From Candidatus Fraserbacteria bacterium (GTDB taxonomy: Bacteria; Bipolaricaulota; Bipolaricaulia; RBG-16-55-9; DRXL01), in the NCBI GenBank assembly GCA_947085185.1, contig CAMTVK010000002.1, positions 64,001 to 128,000 of the forward strand: DNA of 64,000 bases, given 5' to 3'. Positions 58,422 through 64,000 of the stretch are shown here, piece by piece. The notes under the pieces were generated by a model. That model ran no database searches, was not told where the DNA came from, and worked only from the letters and a program-made list of their open reading frames with translations. Numbering within the stretch: the stretch's first letter is position 1; the number at the start of each line of letters is the position of its first letter. The position numbers were made by a program, and so were the translations under genes.

Positions 58422-59405
58422 GTGCGCTGGAAGGGCCTGCTGGCACTGGGCAGTCTGAGCTTGTTGCTTGTGGGAGCTCTGATAGTGGGCGTAGCCGTGG
58501 GGGCTGTGCCCATCTCGCTCTTTCGGTGCGCTCCCACGGAGTGCTTTATTCTGACGCAGATTCGGCTTCCAAGAGTGCTTTTGGCGGCTTTGGTAGGCGG
58601 GGCGCTTGGGCTCTGCGGAGCCGTGATGCAAGGGCTCTTTCGCAATCCCCTTGCTGACCCCTATCTGTTGGGGATCGCCAGCGGTGCCACCGCCGGCGTG
58701 GCGCTCGTGATCGCGCTGCGTCTTGATATCTTGTGGGGAGCTGCCCCAATAGGGGCGTTTCTTGGGGGTGTGCTCGCTGTCGGGATCGTCTATCGCATCG
58801 CGCAGACGCGCTGGGCTCAGCTGGACAATTACGCGCTCATTCTCTCTGGGGTGGCGCTCGCCGCGCTCTTTTCGGCGATCACGAGCTTTTTGCTCTTCTA
58901 TAGCGGAGCATCTCAAGATGCACGACGGCTGATCTTTTGGATCTTGGGCGGGCTTGGCGGCGCCCAATGGCTCTACGTCTTTGGGCTGCTGGGGACACTT
59001 TTGGTCACCGGGGCGGGGCTTATGCTCTTTGCGCGCGATCTCAATGCGCTCTCATTGGGTGAAGAGATGGCCGCGCACTTGGGCATCGAGCCCAGACACG
59101 TGCGCACAGTCTTGCTGTTTCTCGTGACGGTGCTCACAGCGGTCGCTGTGGCCGTCTCGGGGACGATCGGATTTGTCGGGCTGATCGTGCCTCATATATT
59201 AAGACTTATCGTTGGGCCCGATCATAGACTCTTATTGCCCGCATCGGCGCTAGGGGGAGCGGTCTTGCTCACGCTCTGCGATGCTCTTGCTCGTACGGTG
59301 CTTGTGCCGACGGAGTTGCCCATCGGGATTCTCACGGCGCTTTTGGGCGCCCCGTTCTTTCTGGCATTATTGCGATCTCGGGCGCAGCTTGGGGCGTCAC
59401 TATGA
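58422..59405 (+). CDS. btuC: FecCD/BtuC permease
   Basis: IRLPR, FRNPLADP and IGFVGLIVPH motifs. Confidence 0.88.
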   Translation: MRWKGLLALGSLSLLLVGALIVGVAVGAVPISLFRCAPTECFILTQIRLPRVLLAALVGGALGLCGAVMQGLFRNPLADPYLLGIASGATAGVALVIALRLDILWGAAPIGAFLGGVLAVGIVYRIAQTRWAQLDNYALILSGVALAALFSAITSFLLFYSGASQDARRLIFWILGGLGGAQWLYVFGLLGTLLVTGAGLMLFARDLNALSLGEEMAAHLGIEPRHVRTVLLFLVTVLTAVAVAVSGTIGFVGLIVPHILRLIVGPDHRLLLPASALGGAVLLTLCDALARTVLVPTELPIGILTALLGAPFFLALLRSRAQLGASL

Positions 59406-60172
59406 TCTGTCTGGAGAACGTGCAGCTTGGCTATGAGCAGCGCGTTGTATTGCGCGATCTGAATCTGGAGATTGCGCCTGGGGAGGTCTTTGGATTGGTG
59501 GGGCCAAACGGTTCGGGCAAGACGACGCTGCTGCGCGCGATCTCCAGAAGGCTGCCGCCCCAGGCGGGCGCGCTCTATCTTGATGGGCGTCGTCTCCATG
59601 AGCTCTCCCCGAGAGAGTTGGCGCGCGAGCTGGCAGCCCTCGAACAGGAGATCTCGTGTTCGTTTGGCTTCACCGTGAGAGAGCTCGTGGAGCTGGGGCG
59701 CTTGCCCCATCGTGATCGCTGGCAACGACTCTCACAAAAAGACCATGAGATCGTAACCCGTGCGATGGCGCTCACGCATACGCTTGAATTTTCTGGAAGA
59801 AAGATTCACAGTCTCAGCAGCGGGGAACGACAACGGGTGTGGCTTGCCCTCGCTGTGGCTCAAGAGCCCAAAGTCTTACTCTTAGACGAGCCCACGGCCC
59901 ACCTTGATCTGAACTATCAGCTTGAGATCATGGAATTGATTCGCTCCCTTGCCCAAAGAAATTTGACGGTGCTCGTCTCGCTGCACGATCTCAATCTCGC
60001 GCTGCGCTATACAGATCGTGTGGCGCTCTTGAGCGAGGGGCGGATCATCGCCGTAGGCGAGCCGGAGCGCGTCTTGACACCAGAGCTGATCGAGCGCGTC
60101 TTCCGCACAAAAGTGCGCATCATCAACGGCACAGGAGATCTGTATATCGTTCCCATAGGGAGCCGACGATGA
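59402..60172 (+). CDS. btuD: ABC ATPase, BtuD/FepC type
   Basis: GPNGSGKTT, LSSGERQR and DEPTAHLD motifs. Confidence 0.88.
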   Translation: MICLENVQLGYEQRVVLRDLNLEIAPGEVFGLVGPNGSGKTTLLRAISRRLPPQAGALYLDGRRLHELSPRELARELAALEQEISCSFGFTVRELVELGRLPHRDRWQRLSQKDHEIVTRAMALTHTLEFSGRKIHSLSSGERQRVWLALAVAQEPKVLLLDEPTAHLDLNYQLEIMELIRSLAQRNLTVLVSLHDLNLALRYTDRVALLSEGRIIAVGEPERVLTPELIERVFRTKVRIINGTGDLYIVPIGSRR

Positions 60173-61086
60173 AGATCGTCTCGCTCTTGCCTAGTGCGAC
60201 GGAGATCGTGTATGAGCTTGGGCTAGGAGATTCTGTAGTTGGGGTCTCGCATGACTGCGACTGGCCCCCAGAAGTCTTACAGAAACCCAAGCTCAGCCAA
60301 GCTCTCGTACACTCGGAGATGCCCAGCGCCGAAATAGATCAGATCGTGCGCGAGCGGCTCCATAGCGGGCTGAGCGTCTATCATATTGACGCCGAGCTCT
60401 TGCAGCAACTAGAGCCCGATATTATCTTGACACAAGAGCTGTGTGAGGTCTGCGCGCCGTCGTTCGATGACGTGCGCCAGGCTGTGAAACTGTTACACGG
60501 CCACCCCAAGATCGTCTCACTGGAGCCACACACCCTCGAAGATATCTTTGAGAACATCTTGACGGTCGGGGAGGTGACGGGGCGCATACGTGAGGCGCAT
60601 CAGCGTGTCGCTCAGCTGCAGCAGCGCGTCGCGCGCGTTCGTGCCCAGACGGAGCAGCTCACAGATCGTCCGAGGGTCTGCTGTATCGAATGGCTTGAGC
60701 CCATGATGATCGGTGGGCACTGGGTGCCCCAGATGGTCGAGTATGCTGGGGGTGAGGACTATCTTGGGGAGATCGGAGAGCCTTCGTACTATGTGGACTG
60801 GGACGAAGTGAGAGCATACGACCCGGATATTCTCGTGCTGATGCCCTGTGGGTTTTCTCTTGAGCGCACGCTGAGAGAAGCCCATGTGCTCACGGAACTT
60901 GAAGGTTGGCACGAGCTTTCGGCTGTGAAGGACGAGCAAGTCTTTGTCGTCGAAGCCTCGGCGTATTTTAACCGTCCCGGTCCGCGGATCGTGACGGGCT
61001 TGGAGATCTTAGCCGAGCTCATTCATCCGGAGATCTTCTCTGGGCTGGCGCCGACAGAGTCATTCATGCGCTGGGAGGGCGCTTAA
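60169..61086 (+). CDS. Cytoplasmic BtuF-like cobalamin-binding protein
   Basis: MKIVSLLPSATE, SHDCDWP, LCEVCA and FNRPGPR motifs; no signal peptide. Confidence 0.82.
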   Translation: MKIVSLLPSATEIVYELGLGDSVVGVSHDCDWPPEVLQKPKLSQALVHSEMPSAEIDQIVRERLHSGLSVYHIDAELLQQLEPDIILTQELCEVCAPSFDDVRQAVKLLHGHPKIVSLEPHTLEDIFENILTVGEVTGRIREAHQRVAQLQQRVARVRAQTEQLTDRPRVCCIEWLEPMMIGGHWVPQMVEYAGGEDYLGEIGEPSYYVDWDEVRAYDPDILVLMPCGFSLERTLREAHVLTELEGWHELSAVKDEQVFVVEASAYFNRPGPRIVTGLEILAELIHPEIFSGLAPTESFMRWEGA

Positions 61087-61087
61087 A

Positions 61088-61642
61088 ATGACAGGCAAGA
61101 GCGAGATGGGCTTGGTGCAGATGTGGTGGGGCAACGGCAAGGGCAAGACGACGGCAGCTTTAGGGATGGCGCTGCGCGCCCTGGGCCGGGGATTTCGAGT
61201 CCACTTGATTCAGTTTCTCAAAGGGGGCATCAAGGGCGTGGAAGCTTTTGAGGAGTACGGCGAGCTGAAGGCGCTCAAGCGCTTTGAAAATTTTTCGTAT
61301 GAGCGCTACGGCATGCCCGAATGGCTCATCGGCACTCCCACAGAAGGGCACATCGAAGCCGGACGTAAAGCGCTCGAAGCGACAGCGCGAGCGCTCTCTT
61401 CTGGGCAGTATGACATGGTCATCGTGGATGAGTGTCTGTATGCGGTGCAGATGGGCGTGATCTCATGTGAAGATGTCATTCGCGTCGTGAAGGGCAAAGC
61501 CCCTCATACTGAGTGTGTGTTGACAGGGAGTCACAAGCGACTTCCCGAAATTGAAGAGATCGCGGACTTGGTGACAGAGGTGCGTAAGATCAAGCATCCC
61601 TTCGATAAGGGGATCAAGGCGCGGCCGGGGACGGAGTTCTAA
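61088..61642 (+). CDS. cobO: Cob(I)alamin adenosyltransferase
   Basis: GNGKGKTTAALG, QFLKG and KHPFDKGI motifs. Confidence 0.93.
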   Translation: MTGKSEMGLVQMWWGNGKGKTTAALGMALRALGRGFRVHLIQFLKGGIKGVEAFEEYGELKALKRFENFSYERYGMPEWLIGTPTEGHIEAGRKALEATARALSSGQYDMVIVDECLYAVQMGVISCEDVIRVVKGKAPHTECVLTGSHKRLPEIEEIADLVTEVRKIKHPFDKGIKARPGTEF

Positions 61643-61709
61643 GCCCACAGGAAAATCGCGTACAGGAGATCTTGGCACCTGGGCGCACTCTGTGCTATGC
61701 TCTTCTATC

Positions 61710-62699
61710 ATGTGGTGGTTGAGCCTGGGGACGTTCTTTGTCAGCGTACTGATGACGCGCCTGTGGCTTGGAATTCAAGAGCGCTCGCGCGTCGGGCAAC
61801 CCATCCGCGACTACGGCCCACAGATCCATACTCATAAGCAAGGCACCCCCACAGCCGGAGGGATCACGCTCGTGCTCGCGTTCTTGGGGAGCTGGGCAGT
61901 GCTGGCCACCATCGAGGGCACTGAAGCAAAGGCGCTCTTTATCGGGGCAGCAACGCTGGGCTTTGGCTTGATCGGCCTGCTCGATGACGGCCTGAAGCTT
62001 TCAAGACGTCACGCCCAGGGGCTCCCAGGACGATATAAGTTGCTCTTGCAGAGCATCTTATGCGGATTGCTCGCGTGGGGCGCGCTCTGGATCGAGCTTG
62101 TGCCGCCGGCGCGTATCCCCTTTGTCAGCGGGGCGCTCGCGCTGTCGCCAGCGATGAGCGTCGCCTTGATCTTTCTGATATTTATCAGCACGGTCAATGC
62201 TTTCAACGAGACCGACGGCCTAGACGGGCTGCTTGGGGGCGTGACGCTCATCGCTTTGGGGGCTTACGGGGTCATTCTCTATCTCCAAAATGAGCTTACG
62301 CTCTTGAAGATCTCCATGCTCGCCGCGATGGCGCTGCTGGGCTTTCTGTGGTGGAACGCGCACCCCGCGAGAATTATTCTCGGCGATACGGGCTCGTTCG
62401 CGTTAGGCGGGTTGGTGGGAGCGTTAGCGCTGGTGACCGGCACGGCGCTTCTATTGCCCCTCATCGCGCTCATTCCCGTGATCGAAACGCTCTCGGTGAT
62501 CGTTCAAGTTCTCAGCTTCAAGCTCTTCAAGAAGCGCGTCTTTAAGATCTCTCCGTTGCACCATCACTTTGAGAGAGCCCAAGGCGTTGACTATGAATTT
62601 CTGCTCCCCCATCAAGAATGGCCCGAGGTCTTAATCACCCTGAGATTTTGGGTGATCGCGGCGCTTGGGGCCGTAGTGGGGCTATTGGCGTATCGCTGA
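61710..62699 (+). CDS. mraY: Phospho-N-acetylmuramoyl-pentapeptide transferase
   Basis: KQGTPT.GG, N.TDGLDGL, GDTGS and PLHHHFE motifs. Confidence 0.95.
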   Translation: MWWLSLGTFFVSVLMTRLWLGIQERSRVGQPIRDYGPQIHTHKQGTPTAGGITLVLAFLGSWAVLATIEGTEAKALFIGAATLGFGLIGLLDDGLKLSRRHAQGLPGRYKLLLQSILCGLLAWGALWIELVPPARIPFVSGALALSPAMSVALIFLIFISTVNAFNETDGLDGLLGGVTLIALGAYGVILYLQNELTLLKISMLAAMALLGFLWWNAHPARIILGDTGSFALGGLVGALALVTGTALLLPLIALIPVIETLSVIVQVLSFKLFKKRVFKISPLHHHFERAQGVDYEFLLPHQEWPEVLITLRFWVIAALGAVVGLLAYR

Positions 62700-62721
62700 A
62701 GCTCGCAGTATACTGAGAATT

Positions 62722-63252
62722 ATGGCGCTCTTTGAGCGAAGACCCGAAAAGTACTTGCAGTTCTACGCCCAGGTGCACTTTCTCACGTGCGAGGAGTGCC
62801 TGAGCCATCACGGGGAGATCGCCGAGAACCCCAAGCACAAGCCCCCCTTACACCCAGACTGCCGGTGCCATCTCTTAGAATTTTCCCCCAAGGATCTCGA
62901 ATACTACCAAGAGCAAGCCGAACGGATGAAGCTGCGTGCCCAGCAAGAGCTTTTACGGCGTCGCCTCTGGTGCCAAGCCCGCGACAGCTTAGAAGGCGAC
63001 TTCTCCCAAGCCAAAGAGCTCTTCCGCCAAGCTGCTCACATCGAATTCTATCTCGAAGAAGTCGAGCAGCTCTGCGCAGAGAAGCGCGAGCTCTTCGAGA
63101 ACACGCCCGAGCTGCGCGCTCAACTCCAAAAGCTCTTTATAAAATGCTATCGCATGAAGTTCAGCTTAGATAAATATCGTCCGATTCCCCCAAAGCTGAT
63201 CTTGCTCTGGGAGACCGAAGGGATCAGACGCATCAAAGAGCTGCTGCCATGA
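62722..63252 (+). CDS. Hypothetical protein with a MuF/gp7-like CxxC...PPLHPDCRC motif
   Basis: [10 protein letters not shown]...PPLHPDCRC followed by a helical domain. Confidence 0.7.
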   Translation: MALFERRPEKYLQFYAQVHFLTCEECLSHHGEIAENPKHKPPLHPDCRCHLLEFSPKDLEYYQEQAERMKLRAQQELLRRRLWCQARDSLEGDFSQAKELFRQAAHIEFYLEEVEQLCAEKRELFENTPELRAQLQKLFIKCYRMKFSLDKYRPIPPKLILLWETEGIRRIKELLP

Positions 63253-63590
63253 CGCTGTACAGATCAGATGCGCTTGTGCTTGTCGGAGTCATCGTGCTCG
63301 TGCTTGGGGGCGCGCTTTGGGGACGGACAGCTTTCGCCCCAGAACCCCAGATCGCTCAGTTTGTCACCCGTCTGAACGAGCCGCTCGATCTAAACACGGC
63401 GACCCTCGAAGAGCTCATAGACCTTCCGGGGATCGGGCCGGTGCTGGCGCAGCGCATCGTCGAATACCGGGAAGCGCACGGGGGCTTCAAGAGCGTCGAA
63501 GAGCTCATACGCATTCGCGGGATCGGCCCAAAGCGCCTCGAACAGCTCAGAGGGCGTGTGCGTGTTGCACAGCCCAGCCAAAGCCAGTAA
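63249..63590 (+). CDS. comEA: ComEA-family HhH DNA-binding protein
   Basis: LNTAT.EEL..LPGIG..LA..I..YR motif. Confidence 0.9.
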   Translation: MTLYRSDALVLVGVIVLVLGGALWGRTAFAPEPQIAQFVTRLNEPLDLNTATLEELIDLPGIGPVLAQRIVEYREAHGGFKSVEELIRIRGIGPKRLEQLRGRVRVAQPSQSQ

Positions 63591-63599
63591 GCTCACGCT

Positions 63600-63944
63600 G
63601 TGTCTTACAAATTTCCACGGGCGCGACGGATCAGGGCGCGCCGAGATTTTCAGTATATCTACGAGCATGGTCAGCTCTATCACGACGAGTGCTTTCGCAT
63701 CTTCTATGTGCGCAAGAGCCCGACGGAGCCAGGGCGTTTAGGCGTCAGCGTCAGCAAGAAGTTGGGCAAGGCCCACGTGCGCAACAGATTCAAAAGAGTG
63801 CTGCGCGAGACATTTCGCCTGCACCCCGACATGGCCGCCGGGCTCGATATGATCGTCCAGCCCCGCCTCGCTCTGCTCCCTTTGGCCAATGCTCAAATCC
63901 GCCAAAAATTCCTAGAAGCGCTCACGGCCCTACGGTCACGATAG
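63600..63944 (+). CDS. rnpA: RNase P protein component
   Basis: RLGVSVSKKLGKAHVRNRFKR motif. Confidence 0.93.
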   Translation: MSYKFPRARRIRARRDFQYIYEHGQLYHDECFRIFYVRKSPTEPGRLGVSVSKKLGKAHVRNRFKRVLRETFRLHPDMAAGLDMIVQPRLALLPLANAQIRQKFLEALTALRSR

Positions 63945-63960
63945 GGAACGGACTCCGTCC

Positions 63961-63989
63961 TTGCATCCTCTCAAAAGTTATGCTATAGT
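63961..63989 (+). promoter_or_regulatory. Sigma70 promoter for the next gene, outside the window
   Basis: TTGCAT-17-TATAGT, with a TG extension. Confidence 0.55.
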
Positions 63990-64000
63990 ATGGAGCACAC

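Noticed and set aside
57479..58645. 388-aa minus-strand ORF and similar long antisense ORFs
   Set aside because: Shadow frames of well-supported genes in GC-rich DNA, with no motifs.

Overview
Mostly core chromosome of a moderately high-GC diderm bacterium. Gene content (bamA-skp-fabZ without lpxD/lpxA, csaB, homodimeric GlyRS, several archaeal-type genes) suggests a deep-branching lineage such as Bipolaricaulota/Acetothermia; this assignment is inference. Housekeeping blocks: bamA-skp-fabZ-ftcD-murD; aroF-A-E-C; recA-recX; purH/purD with unusual HAD, PurN-like and PfkB genes; rtcB; dppABC; ctpA; glyQS; queuosine salvage (DUF2419 + tgt); lhr; tatC-efp-asp23-nusB; ccsA; btuFCD-cobO; mraY; comEA; rnpA. 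No rRNA, tRNA, CRISPR array, integrase or transposase was seen. Most notable: (1) a ~6.7 kb His/Cys-rich, probably copper-related island (5696-12386) bounded by two direct copies of a MITE-like element, each ending in a promoter -35 box, with two matching CCCCAC-N5-GTGGGG operators and a CruR/DUF2946-like leader ORF; (2) a Phe-rich attenuator leader peptide before aroF; (3) a candidate ~95-nt sRNA with two anti-Shine-Dalgarno motifs; (4) a DppA with an inserted phage-sheath-like domain; (5) a HAD/PurN-like/PfkB purine module; (6) widespread leaderless-gene promoter architecture. All family assignments come from motif recognition by eye, not from database searches.
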